Both the position numbers and the translations under genes were made by a program. From positions 22,010,001 to 22,074,000 of the forward strand of contig CM052843.1 of NCBI GenBank assembly GCA_028534125.1: a DNA stretch of 64,000 nucleotides, written 5' to 3'. Below are positions 1 through 12,426 of the stretch, in pieces; position 1 is the first letter of the stretch; each line of letters starts with the position of its first letter. A model generated the notes under the pieces. The model was not told the DNA's origin and made no database searches. It saw only the letters and a program-made list of their open reading frames with translations. The DNA comes from Lama glama. Its lineage: Eukaryota.

Positions 1-123
1 GCACAGTGACACGGACAGCTCTCCTCTCACAAAGCCCAGGGGACAAGTCCTGGTCTTTGCAGTCCGGAGGGAAACCCAGACGGAAAGGGGAGTGGCCCTG
101 GGCCGGCAGATGGGGCCTTGCCC

Positions 124-156
124 CCGCACTGTCGCCGCACTGTCCCCGCACTGTCC
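124..156. repeat. 11-bp tandem repeat x3 (ccgcactgtc(g/c))
   Basis: Read directly from the sequence. Confidence 0.85.
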
Positions 157-1256
157 CCCGGACAGAGCCCGAGCCCGGACCGATGGGTGGTGCTGCCGGG
201 ACGGCCGGGCACTGCGTGGAAGGAGGCTCCTGCTGAGCGGCTCTCTGGCCACGGCCACGGAGAAAACTGTGTCCCTCCCCCGGGCCGCAGAGGCTGCAGG
301 CAGTGTCGGCTGGAAAAGGAGGGTGGAGTGTGATTCATCCTGAGCTGAAAAGTGACTCAAAAAGGAAATTGCCTGGTGCGCGGGGATGACATGGTTCACC
401 ATGCCCGCCATGACCAGGCCTGTCTGTCAGGAGCCTCCCGTGCACACGGGGCTCCCTCGGGCCGCGCCCGCTGCCTGGTGACTCAGAGGTGTGCCCGGAG
501 GCCAGGTTGACCACCACCCAGCACAGATCGCAGGGACTCCAGGAAACCATCAGACACAGGGCAGCACGGCAGGGCGGCTGCGGTGTCAGGGGAGGGGCTC
601 AGGAACGAGGCACAGAAGGAGCCCGTGTGCCAGGAGCGCACAGAGCCTGTGTTCCCACCTGCGGCCGCAGCTCCCAAGTCACACGCGATTCACACGCAAC
701 CCCCCCCCCCTCCCGGTTCACAGGCAAACAAGGGCAGGAGCTCACTTTGCTCCAACAGCCGACGCCTTCTCTTCTCCTACCTTCCCTTTCTCTCCAAGGC
801 AAGAGGACTTTCACTCCTTAAACCTTAAAACAGCTCAGATACTCCATGAGCTGCTTTCAGTCCGAAAAAGAAGGACAAGTGTAAACTGACATAATATTGT
901 AAATCCATGAGTTACGATCAATAACTTATAAAAAGTTTTAGAATAAAAAACAAAGATTAAGGTCAAGTACATGAACTTACATGTCGGTAAGTCACAAATG
1001 GGCAAATATCCCCATTTTATACAGTTCAGTCCAACAGACTATGAGGAAGAGAAGCCACAGCTTCTCAAAAACTGCTGTTCCTCCTCAGAAGGCCTCACTG
1101 GCAGCCCGGGGGGTTAGCTTGCCGACCGGGGCCGTGACCTCTTCCTGCTGCTCCCAGGCGGCCTGGGAGGCGCTGGCGGGCGTCCCCATCCTCACCCCAC
1201 GCTCGGCATGACAAGTCGCCCTCTGGGCAAACTCACGCCACACCGGCTTCATGGGG

Positions 1257-1756
1257 NNNNNNNNNNNNNNNNNNNNNNNNNNNNNNNNNNNNNNNNNNNN
1301 NNNNNNNNNNNNNNNNNNNNNNNNNNNNNNNNNNNNNNNNNNNNNNNNNNNNNNNNNNNNNNNNNNNNNNNNNNNNNNNNNNNNNNNNNNNNNNNNNNNN
1401 NNNNNNNNNNNNNNNNNNNNNNNNNNNNNNNNNNNNNNNNNNNNNNNNNNNNNNNNNNNNNNNNNNNNNNNNNNNNNNNNNNNNNNNNNNNNNNNNNNNN
1501 NNNNNNNNNNNNNNNNNNNNNNNNNNNNNNNNNNNNNNNNNNNNNNNNNNNNNNNNNNNNNNNNNNNNNNNNNNNNNNNNNNNNNNNNNNNNNNNNNNNN
1601 NNNNNNNNNNNNNNNNNNNNNNNNNNNNNNNNNNNNNNNNNNNNNNNNNNNNNNNNNNNNNNNNNNNNNNNNNNNNNNNNNNNNNNNNNNNNNNNNNNNN
1701 NNNNNNNNNNNNNNNNNNNNNNNNNNNNNNNNNNNNNNNNNNNNNNNNNNNNNNNN
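1257..1756. other. Assembly gap (500 N)
   Basis: N run. Confidence 1.
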
Positions 1757-1899
1757 GGAGGACGTAGCAATCCCGCACGTGTGTGCACCAAACAACAGGG
1801 CTGCATCAGCGGGGGAGCAGACCCTGAACGCAGCACACCACCGACCCGCAGGATCTAGTCAGCACAGCGAGGGAGACCGTATCCTGGGCCGGAAGGCAA

Positions 1900-2760
1900 A
1901 AGCGGTGAGTGGAGCGGAAGTAAAATCATACAGAACGTCTGCTGCCCACAGTGGGACCAGACTGGAAGTCAGGAATGGGAAGGTCTCCGCAAAGCCTTGG
2001 AAACTAGCCAGTGCACCTTGAAACGTCCCGTGGGTCAGAGAGGAAGTCTCAGGAGAAACGAAGCGTCCACCGAGCTGAACGAAAATGAAAACGCCGCATA
2101 CTACGATGTGTGGGGCGTGTGTAGCGCTAAACGCTCGTGTCAGGAGAGGGGAACGTCCAAGTCGACGGCCTAAGCTTCCGCTCGAGGACCCGGAAGAGTG
2201 AACGCAAAGCGCACGGAAGGAAGGAAACGGGCAGAAGAGACAGAAGTCAGTGGAGCCGGAAGCACGGAAACGACAGAGAAAACCCGTGAGGCAAGAAGCC
2301 TTTTCTCTGGGAAGAGCAGCGAAACTGGCAAACCTCCAGCAAGACCTACAAAGAGAGGAGAAGAGAGGACACGAACTGTCCGCGAACCGGTGCCAGGAGT
2401 GAGGGGTGCTGCCACAGATCCGGCAGGTGTCAGCGTGGCAGCCGGGACCGAAATGGCCCAGTCTGCACACACCCGCTTGGCAGCCTGGATGAGTGGACCA
2501 GTTCCTTGAAAAGCACAAACTCCACGACTTACCCACTGTGACACGTGGAATCTGAACAGCCTCTGAGCTATTGAGGAAATCCAACTTGCAGCTAAAAGCA
2601 GCCCCAGAAGGCGATCTCCAGCCCAGTTAGTTTCCCGGAAGAACGCCACCAAACCATCATAGAGGAATTAACATTAACTGTGTAATTCTAGAAAATTCTA
2701 GAACTGTCTATTCTAGAAAAACAGAAGCACCAAGTCACTCCCGCCAAGTGTGAGCCACTG
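1900..2760 (+). mobile_element. Ancient L1M ORF2 remnant (endonuclease end / linker), heavily GC-shifted
   Basis: aaatcatacagaacgtctgctgcccacagtgggaccagactggaagtcagg... and tgaacgaaaatgaaaacgccgcatac...tgtgtggggcgtg follow the L1 ORF2 consensus as I recall it; purine-rich + strand; no intact ORF. Confidence 0.7.
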
Positions 2761-3918
2761 CCAGGGGCCAAGAAGACCCGGAGTCTCCCAGCGTCTGGAA
2801 GGGCCGTGCTGGGCCTCTCGAATGAGTGACACAGTCGCAGAAAGCAGAGAAAGGAGGAAATAATTAATATAGATTCTGACAAGCACACCAACGTGCGCAT
2901 GGGAAGGACACTGCGGGGGACCCAGGACCGGCAGGGGTACAATGTGAAGGACAACTCTGGGTCACAATAAACTTTAACGTGCTTTACTGCCAGACCCTCC
3001 GAGGAATTGCACATCCAGGCATCTGAACTGTTAAGACGCTGGAAGATGTTCGTGAACAACCGAGTCTGTTTTGCAGTGAACGTGCTGATTTGCATGTAAG
3101 AATAACTGAACACAGAAACATGTCTTTAATGTGCTGTGTCGCCCCAAGCCCTGGGTGTGTTATCCATTTTAAGCAAATGATTCTTCACGTGCTTTACAAA
3201 CGTAATTACAGCTGCACTAGGATGTGTGACGTGGAGCAGTCGGACTTGATGAGGTTTTGCTATAAACACGGATGAACTTCCGATGATTTGAAAAAAAAGA
3301 TGATTCCTTGCAGTGAAGCGAGGTCAAGCCTAAAACAGAATAGAAAGTGTGACAAAGCAAAGTCATCAAGGGTTCACAAGTACACAAGTGTACAAACAGG
3401 TGTTCACGTCTCAGACCTAGTCCCCACCTTGAACGTCTCCGGCAGGAAGACGTCTGCTTGACCACGCACATAGTAACACAAACTGAACCTGCCCTCGGCC
3501 AGGAAGTCGAGGCCTCTGCAGAGCAGACACGGAGCAGGACCGGGGCTCCAATCACAGCGTCTCCACGTCTGCTGGAAACACTCAGCCTTCAGGCCTGTGG
3601 AAACCACATTCTCTTTACCAAAAAGCACTGTTCACATCCATCTTCCAGAGGAAATAGCTTTCCAAGGACTGCAGGCCGATAAGAAATGGCGAGTGAAAAA
3701 TGAAGCGCCGGTGTCAGAGGACAAATGGTCCCTGGGGACGGGAGAGCCAGTGAAATTGGGACTGGAGTTCTGCCAGCAAATGCACGCCTGCCAAAAACAG
3801 CCCACGCGTGTGCAAGCATGTGCACACAGGCACACCCATGTGGCACACACAGCCACCAGGCCGTTTGGAAAGGAAACAAAGATGCTCTGAAGTCAAACTC
3901 CACCCCTGCTCCCAATGT

Positions 3919-4075
3919 TGAGCAACTTAACCTCTCTGAGCCTCAGTTTCCCCAAATGAACAGAGACGGTGACAGCCACTGCCCAGGGCTCGAGCAAGGT
4001 CGGACGGGCTGACACAGAGAAAATGCTCAGAGCCGCACCCGGCTCGGAGCAAGTCCTCGGTGGCTTGGCTTATTC
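3919..4075. mobile_element. MIR SINE remnant
   Basis: acttaacctctctgagcctcagtttccc is the MIR core; the downstream part is colinear with MIR but GC-shifted. Confidence 0.8.
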
Positions 4076-7000
4076 TTAAAAGCAAGGTGTAGATTCTTCA
4101 CTGCCACCTTTCTGGTGTCCGCCCTCCAACTCCAACTTTTACCTGTTAAAACATTCTTTCCTGATTACAAATGCTGGCAAACTCCAGTTCATCAAGCTCA
4201 AAATTCGTTCTTGGGACAAATCTTTGTCCCTAACCGACCTGTCCAGTGCCCCCAGCTGTGTTTTCAGCAGCTTGTTCAACACCAGCAATTCCACCGTAAG
4301 AGGGGGGGGCCCTCCCTTCCTGCAGGTCTCTGCCCCCGTCCCTGCCCCCGGCCTGCAGGAGTGATGCGACGATGCAGGGGACCACTCACAGCCCCAAGGC
4401 TCCTCTTGGAAAAGCACCAGCTATTTTTGAAACAAAGTACTTCCTCAGGACCGAGAAAGTCCATATTAGTCAAAGCACGGGCCAGCGTCCTTGCTCTTCC
4501 TCTGCGATCTCTTTCCTGGTTATTTTTAGTAGTTCCTTTCCCCAACCCGCCCACGAAAGTGAGGAAGCGGGGCGCGTTCCCAGGGAGACTCTGGGACTTC
4601 TGGTCCCTGCGGCTCCAGCCGGGATCCGAGGCCACAGGGCCCCCGGGAGGCTCAGGACCTGCCCGAGGCCTGCGTGGGCCCTGAGTCACGTGGCAGGCAG
4701 ACCCCAGTCTCAGGGCCAGCCCAGGGCCTGTGAGCCCTAAAACCCGGGGGCCGGTGGCGGAGCGAGCAGTGCGCTCCCGCCCGGCTCCCAGCCGCACGAC
4801 CCTGTTGTGTAACACTCGCTCCGGGACCTATTTCCCTTCATTCCTGGAGATTTCCTAACATACTTGGCCAAGACCCACCGGAGCGCGTCCTGGCAGCGCC
4901 ACTGGGGCCACAGGACTCGCTCACCAGGCCCCCCACCCAGGCCTCTGCCCTCAAGGCCTCTCCCCTGCAGTGGGGCGTCAGGAAGGCGCCCAGCACCCCT
5001 CCACGCCCCTCCCCCAGTAAGAGGGGGACACGGCCTGGGGGTGGGGTCTGAGCTCCCTCCCTCTGGGGGAGAGGTCACCCTGTGCCGGAAGCGCCAGGCC
5101 CACTGCATCCCAGAAGACCCCCAGGGGATGCAGAGCCAGGCGGAGATCACCAGCCACAGACCTGAGAGCTGAGGCTGGCTGTGGTTCCGGGCCACGGGGA
5201 CGGGTGACTTGTCCACGGACAGGGCAGCACCGCCCTGCTGCAGCTCCACGGCCCCGGCCCGCGTCCCCCCAAACCTGTGCCTCTGACCGCCTGCTCCTTA
5301 GCCCGGCAGTGCCCCCGTGTCTTCCACATGGAGCCTCCTCCCTGACCCCCCGCCCGCGTCAGTATCAGGATCCCACACGGTGCACTTGACGTGTGAGCCA
5401 TTTGCAGTGTCTCCTGCAGGTGTCGTGGGTCAGGTCCCAAGCCCCATGAGCACCCCGAGCTGGCAGAGACCTGATGACAAGCTGGTGGATTAAAACAGGT
5501 GAGGCTGTTTCTCTCATCTCCCAGGTGAGCTTTCCAGGCTGCAGGTAGCTCTGCTCCAGGACACCCTTCCGAGCCTTGGGTTCCTCCATCTGAATTCTCC
5601 GCCATCCCCTGCAGAGTCAAGTCCAGGGGCAGGAAGCCTCTCTATCCCGTCTCATGCGAGGGGAGACACGAACCCCCTCAGGGACCTTAAGTCACAGACC
5701 CCAAGGTAGCACAAACATGGCCACTCCTACCACCAGGGGAGGCTGAGGCCAGGGTCTGTCCAGCTGCACACCTGTCACCACAGGGAGGCCAAAAACGAGT
5801 CTTGGCCACCATTCCATTGAAATGGACAGATTTCCCAGGAACTGTTCTTAAGGAACTTGTATTCAGATGGCTAAGGCTGGAGCTAACAGTAAAAAGGAGA
5901 TGAGTGATGAGCACGCACCGCGCTCTGGGAGGCCCCGGGCTCTGGAGGGGGCGTGATGGATTGGCTGGTGGGACTCTTGGCCAGGCAGGGCCAGCAACTG
6001 ACACTCACATCCGGCAGGAAGTTGGGATGACCCAGCTGTGACGCCGGGGAGAGGGCAGCAGATGAGAGCAAGTCCTGGGTCCACTAGCCCTGCCTCTAAC
6101 TGGCTGGTCTGTGCACCAATCAGTTAATCACTCTGACCATCCGCTTCTTCCCCCAGAAGATCAGGAAATACTTTCAGACGCTATTGTTGAAGATGAAATA
6201 AGATAGTGAACGTGCAGCCGACCCGGGGCCAGAGGCTGCAGGAGCGCGGGCTTGACCTGGCCAGACGGAAGAGGCACCGGCCCAGCTCCGGGCATGTGGG
6301 GTCAGGGGAACCTGCGCATCTCTGAACGAGCCCGTGCCCTTCCCGGACGGCAGGCACACCCCTGACCACGTGGCGGGCACTCTGTGACCATCCTAGAGGC
6401 AATATTTGGAGTCTTTCAGTTGTTTTTGTTTCTTACCGCTGCTATAAATGTGAACGCAGACGTCACCCAGGCCGACGTCTGAGCCTCAGGGGGGAAGGAA
6501 CAGGGCACGCACCCACGCAGGTCTGTCCCAAAGACGCCCCACGAAATCAGAGGCGGCCCGGGAAGGGGGCCAGCCAGGCTCAACCCGTCGTCCACACTGC
6601 AGGAAAGCCGGGCCCTGCCCTGAGAGGGGGCGGGGATTGCTCCCAGAGCCGGCTGGACAGGACCCTCCTTCGCTGGAGCTGAGATCGCACTTTGAGGTTC
6701 TCGTTAAAGAGCAATTTTTCAGCAACGGTTAGGAGAACAACCCCAAAGGTGCTTCGAAATACATTTGTTTACGGTAAGTCCTACTCCGGAGCGGCGTGGC
6801 TTTCAGGGCAAAGCCTCCCACCAGACTCGTGCCAAGCCGAGGTCAGGGCGGGACTGGCGCTCCCGGCGTCCCGGGGGCTTTCAGGGGTCCATTCCCCTTG
6901 CACTGAGTTTCTACATCACCTGGGTCTTTGCTCTCAAAAAGGACGCAGGGAAACGAGCCATTTCTCAACCTAAGTAAGGAAGGACTTGACTGCCGACTAC

Positions 7001-7159
7001 ACGGTCATGTGGACACACAGAAGATAAAGTCATCGTGACACGTGTGTGAGAAACATCAGCGACACAAACGAGAGACTTGAAACAAAGACCTCACTTAAGA
7101 ACTTGACGCCAACTTCACGTTCATATTCCTTTCGTTAGAGGTCACCACAAGACACTGAA

Positions 7160-7290
7160 AATGAAGTGTGTGTACATGTACGCCTGAAACAGGAATGGAC
7201 ACCACGTTGTAAACTGACTGGACTTTAATAAAAAAGGAAAAACAATACAACTATAAAGTTAAAAAACAAAAAAGAGAGAGAGAGAGAGAA
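7160..7290 (+). mobile_element. Short L1 3'-terminal fragment with A-rich/(GA)n tail
   Basis: gacaccacgttgtaaactgactggactttaataaaaaa resembles the artiodactyl L1 3' terminus. Confidence 0.6.
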
Positions 7291-8775
7291 ACACTTCAGG
7301 ATCAAATTAACATCAAAGGCCCTGCAACCTGGACCAACTTTTGTTTGAAGGCAGGGTCCTCTGCCCACTGAAAGAAGACACGAGCTTCGCTCTCAGACTT
7401 AACTGGGATTCCAGGAGCCCTGGCCGGGCCCCAAGAGCCGCTTCCTGCCCAGCCTTGATCAGCCCCAAGCAGATTTAACCTGAATCCCTCTTTGGGCTGA
7501 GACTTCCGGCCTCCTCTCCCCTGGCGAGCCCCTGCTGGCCCCGCAGCCCCCCAGCCCAGCAGGGCCCTGGCTCAGCCGCGGAGCACCGCCTCCTGCAGAC
7601 AAGCCTGGTGCCTCGGGGAGCGAGCGCGGTGCTGGCCTCTCTCTCACCCACAGCAGTGGTGTTGGCCTCTGCCTCCTCTGAAACCACGATCTGTCACACT
7701 GAGTTTCATGGATTCGCAGGGCCGAACCGAACGGCTCTGCTTCAGGGGAAGGCGCAGCCATCAGCAGTTCCACCGACAGGGAGTCAGTCGGGAGGGCTTC
7801 CCACCGGCTGGCCACTCGGGGGGAAGCAGCAGAAACCGGACCGGCTTTGCCCCGCGCCCCCTCGCCTGCGGTGGAGAGGGCCAAGGGACAGCTTCAACCC
7901 GAGACGCTCGGGCTGGCCGGGGAGCCGCTCACCCCAGCCGGGGACTGACTTCACCAGGGTCCATGGATGAGGAGGAAGCGGGTGTATCTGATGCCTCCGA
8001 AGTGCTCCCTCGACAGAGCAGGTTCAAACGCGTGAAACTGGCGTCTGATTAAAGTGGAGCCTCTGTTGGCTCTGACCCCCCAAGGGGAGCGAGCTGTGCT
8101 CTTCGTCGTCAGTGTAAAACCCAGCGTGACACGTGAGAGAGAAAGGGAGGGCTCCGTGACTCACCGCGGAGGGCTCAAAACTGTAGGACACTCATTATCT
8201 ACAGACTGCAAGCAAACTCTGACACGCCAAGTGATGTCACCGCACCGAAGCACTCGCTGGAGCTCTTCATTGTTCCACTGGATGTGCCTCTCACACGGGA
8301 CGTGATGTCACCTCACAGAACACAATGTGGTTCAGGGAGGCAGATGCTCAAACACAATGGAAATGGAAAAAATAGAAAACCCGCTTCCAAAGTTTCAAGG
8401 ATGTCATTGAAAAGGACACGTGGATTTAAGGTAAACAAGCTGAAGGAAGTTCGATGGGCCTTTTGGAAACAGGGCTGAGGCGACTCCTCTCGCCAGGGAG
8501 AAAACGCTTCCTCCGCTCTGGCGGGAAGGCAGGGCAGGGGGACGCCCCCGTGGGAGGGGGCGCGGTGACTGTCCAGAGGCTTCACGCAGGATGGCATGGA
8601 ACGTCCATCTTCTGTTTGAAGTAACACCTACAGGGCACCGAGGGGCGCAAGGAGAGGCAGCTGCAGAGCCCACAGACTGGAGAGGAGCCCTCCCGCGTGG
8701 GCCGTGACCAAGACGAGCTGTCGCTGCTGCTGAAGTGACGAAGGGGAGCCTACAGCTGGCTCGCACAACCACTGT

Positions 8776-8895
8776 CACATGCGTGTCCCAGGGCTGGGAC
8801 GCTGGGAGGCGGGGACACGTGCGTGTCCCAGGGCCGGGACGCTGGGAGGCGGGGACACGTGCGTGTCCCAGGGCAGGGATGCTGGGAGGCGGGGA
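8776..8895. repeat. 40-bp minisatellite, 3 copies
   Basis: Unit cac(a/g)tgcgtgtcccagggc(t/c/a)ggga(c/t)gctgggaggcgggga starting at 8776, 8816 and 8856. Confidence 0.95.
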
Positions 8896-9149
8896 CGCAG
8901 CGGAGGGCACGGGCCCCTTCGCTTATCTGCTTTCAGAGTGCCCTGGTCAAGTGGATTTGGGGGATACATTGTCTAGTTTTAACTGAACTAGTCCTTAAAT
9001 AGAGCACAAGTAGGTTCAGGTCATTTCTTCACAGACGCCCCGACTTGAGGGTGACCCTCACACGAAGGCACAAGCCCATGAGGAAAGGATGACAGAGCAG
9101 CCCCACCTCCTCCCACCCAACCCCCCGTTCACCGTGTGACCACCTAGGC

Positions 9150-10900
9150 AGACCCACAAGAAGCTGGCGATAAAGAAATACACATTTATTAACTAGAGAG
9201 ACGAGCCGATTCATGAGATAACAAATGAATCACTGAAGAGAAAACGAGCGAAGTGTGCACCGTGATTTAAATCCAGTGACAGCACAGCCGGTGAGACAGT
9301 CAAGCATCAGTACACAAATACCAGTTACACTTTAAGTGCCATCAAAGAGCAACTGCGACCTCGAACATCACAGTTACGTTAGCGTCAAAAATACTTATGA
9401 ACACGTGTAACAAAAGATGCTCAGACGTGTAACTTAAAACCTGAACACAATGCTGAGAGACACAATGAGGACCTAACAAACGGAGAGACACACCATGTCC
9501 ACGGGTCAGAAAAGCAACCCCGCTCAGTTCTACCCCGATGGCTACACAGGAGCGATGCAGCCCCAATCAAACCTTGGCAGGAGTTTTGAAACTGACAGGT
9601 TGATTCTAAAATTCACATGAAATGAAAATGATGTCAATTAGTCAAAACAACTTTGGAAAAGAACGACATTAAAGAATTCACGCTACCTGATTTGAAGAGC
9701 CACTGTAAAGCTGCGGGAATGAGCGCAGTGTGATGTTCCGTGAGAATGGACACAGCGATCAACGGGCAGATTAGAGCCCAAGACGCAGCTCACACTACGA
9801 GGCCACTTGACAGAAACGCCAGGGCAAGTCCGCGGAAGAGGAACCGTCTGTCCTGCAGACCAGAGGCCCACGTGAGAAACAATGAGCACCGACCCTTTCC
9901 TCGCGTGTACACGAGAATTAACTGCAGGGAAGCAGAGGTCCAAATGTAAGAGATAGAACCGTAAACCATGTAAAACACACATGAAAGAAACCTTTATGGC
10001 TCTGGATCAGGCAACACATTTTTAAGCAGCACATGCAAACTATGAACTATAAAATTAAATTTTGGTGAACTGAGCTTTCTCAAAACTCAAAACTTTTGCT
10101 TTCCAAAAGCCACTAGTAAAAGCATAAAGTCACCCACTGGTATCTGGCAACAGCATTCCATCCGTAACACATAAAGAATACTTACAACCTAATATTAAGA
10201 AGACATTCGGGGGAAGGAATAGCTCAGAGGTAGAGTGCATGCCTGGCATGCACGAGGTCCTAGGTTCAATCCCCAGCGCCTCCATCAAAAACAAGTAAAT
10301 AAATAAGTAGACCCATTGACCTCCCCCCAGAAAACAAATAAACAAAGTAACATTTAAAGACCCTTTAAAAAGACATTCAGTTCGCTAGTAATAGGAACAT
10401 GCAAATTAAGACCACAGTGAGTCCCCACTCACACCCACTAATGACTGAAATCGACAAGGCTGGCTGCACCGAGTGCTGTGGGGCCCGGGGCAAACGGCTC
10501 CCTTACCCTCCACTGCTGGTTTCAACGTGGGGGCCGGCCACCCTGGGAAACAGGTCAGCCCTTCCTCATGCAGGAAAACCTGTACTCACCCAGCAGGCCC
10601 TCTCCCAGGCGGTCACGCAGGAGCAGGAGACTCGTGCCCTCACGGGCGTCACCTGAACGAGCGCAGAGCACCACGAGCAGGAGCCAAAGTCGAGACCCAG
10701 TGTGCACGTCCAAGCGTCGCCTGCACCAGCACGTCCTTCACGGAACTGCGCCACGCGGAGGATGGTCCCCCACCGGGGCACGCCCTCTTTATCACATGAT
10801 TGGGGGTGGCCGGAGCCCAGCAGCAGGACCCAGGCATAACTCAAGGGACCCACTGTAACCCTCAGCATGTGGCCAGCACTCAGAACGCTGGCTGAACGCG
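9150..10900 (+). mobile_element. Ancient L1ME-type ORF2 3' half / 3' end remnant (hosts the SINE at 10209)
   Basis: gaaactgacaggttgattctaaaattcacatgaaatg, caaaacaactttggaaaagaa, ctacctgatttgaag and catgcaaattaagaccacagtgag are recognisable L1 ORF2 segments. Boundaries approximate. Confidence 0.78.
10209..10364 (+). mobile_element. Camelid tRNA-derived SINE (Vic-1-like) with target-site duplication
   Basis: A-box TAGCTCAGAGG, B-box GGTTCAATCCC, tRNA-Ala-like body and A-rich tail. TSD ttaagaagacattc (10195-10208) / ttaaaaagacattc (10365-10378). Inserted into an older L1. Confidence 0.88.
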
Positions 10901-11913
10901 GGGACCAATGCGACAAGTGAATGACTGCCACGCGCAGGCTAATTCCTGGTTTCCTGGCATTTGTGCCATGAAGACAGTCTTCCTCCGGAACCAGAATGAA
11001 GGCAGAGCCACGTGGATGAGAACACTGCTGGCCAGATCCTTGCCACAGTTTTAACTGTGAATTGCCTTTCCTGGTTTGCCTGTGTCCAGTCCCACCAGGA
11101 CATGCTCCCCCGGACACTCCAAGTGAGCGCCACACTAGGGATGAGGTCAGGGCAGAAAGGACGTCTGCACACAGCGTCACGCTTCTCGTGTGCCCGGGGC
11201 GCCTTGGCGGCAACGTTCATCTTAATGAAAGGCCAGGAAATTCGTCATCAGGCTAATAAGTACCTGCTTTCCCCGAGAAAGATCAGCAAGATGGTAGAGC
11301 GAGGTCAGTTTCACAGGCCACTGTCCCGGGGAAGAGGGGGCGGGGGGACGCCTCACTGAGGTTCCCCACAGGTCCAGGAACTTCTGCGGGTAGAGCACAT
11401 TTGACTCATCCACCTCCTGGGGCACTGCCCTTCTATAAGCTTTTCCACTTTAAGGGAACACGGCTGGTGGGGCCCAGGCTTGTGGAGGAGGAACCCACAG
11501 GGCTCCCTGACAAGTTTCCAGTGGGTGACAAGTGGCTCCGATTTGCCTGGACATGCTAGTGAAGTGCTCCCACCCATAGGGCAGGCTCCCGAGACCAGAC
11601 ATGCCAGCAGGGCGTCCACGTAGTCTGCTAGGGAGAGGAAGGGCTCACGGCTTCTCTTCCGAACCTTGTCTTTATAACAGCACTGCAACAATCTCTATGA
11701 ACTAAGTATTTGTCACAACTCGGTCATCTAACCAGAGTCACTAGGTTTCACAGGTGAGTGTAATCTGAATACACCCCCGCATTTGTTTCCTACGATCCTG
11801 TTAGAAACACAGCACCTGTTCCTTAAAACCTAAAGATAGACTTACCCTATGATCGAGCAATCCCACTCCTGGACATATATCCAGAGGAAACTCTTAATTT
11901 GAAAAGACATATG

Positions 11914-12080
11914 NNNNNNNNNNNNNNNNNNNNNNNNNNNNNNNNNNNNNNNNNNNNNNNNNNNNNNNNNNNNNNNNNNNNNNNNNNNNNNNNNNNNNNN
12001 NNNNNNNNNNNNNNNNNNNNNNNNNNNNNNNNNNNNNNNNNNNNNNNNNNNNNNNNNNNNNNNNNNNNNNNNNNNNNNNN
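11914..12080. other. Assembly gap (167 N) inside an L1
   Basis: N run. Confidence 1.
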
Positions 12081-12371
12081 TAGAGATTACCATACTAAGT
12101 GAAGTAAGTCACACAAAGACAAATATCATATATCACTTATGTGTGGGGTTTAAAATATGATACAAAATGAATTTATTTACAAAGCAGAAAGAGGCTCACC
12201 AACATAGAAAACAAACTATGGTTACTGAGAGGGAGGGATAAATTGGGAGTTTGGGATTGGCAGATACAAACTACTACGTATAAAATAGATGAACAACGAG
12301 ATTCTTCTATACAGCACAGGAAACTATATTCAATATCTTGTAATAACCTAAATGAAAAAGAATATGAAAAG

Positions 12372-12373
<2 letters not shown>

Positions 12374-12420
<47 letters not shown>
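12374..12420. repeat. (TA)n microsatellite within the L1 3' UTR
   Basis: About 23 perfect dinucleotide units. Confidence 0.97.

Positions 12421-12426
<6 letters not shown>

Noticed and set aside
1085-2021. Long ORFs spanning N runs (also 11842-12102 and 50678-51400)
   Set aside because: Artefacts of translating through assembly gaps.
2880-3300. Possible old DNA-transposon fragment
   Set aside because: Only a vague resemblance; I could not identify terminal inverted repeats or a family.
10209-10285. tRNA-Ala-like gene (also 51611-51690)
   Set aside because: The A-rich tail, TSD and imperfect stems indicate SINE copies rather than functional tRNA genes.
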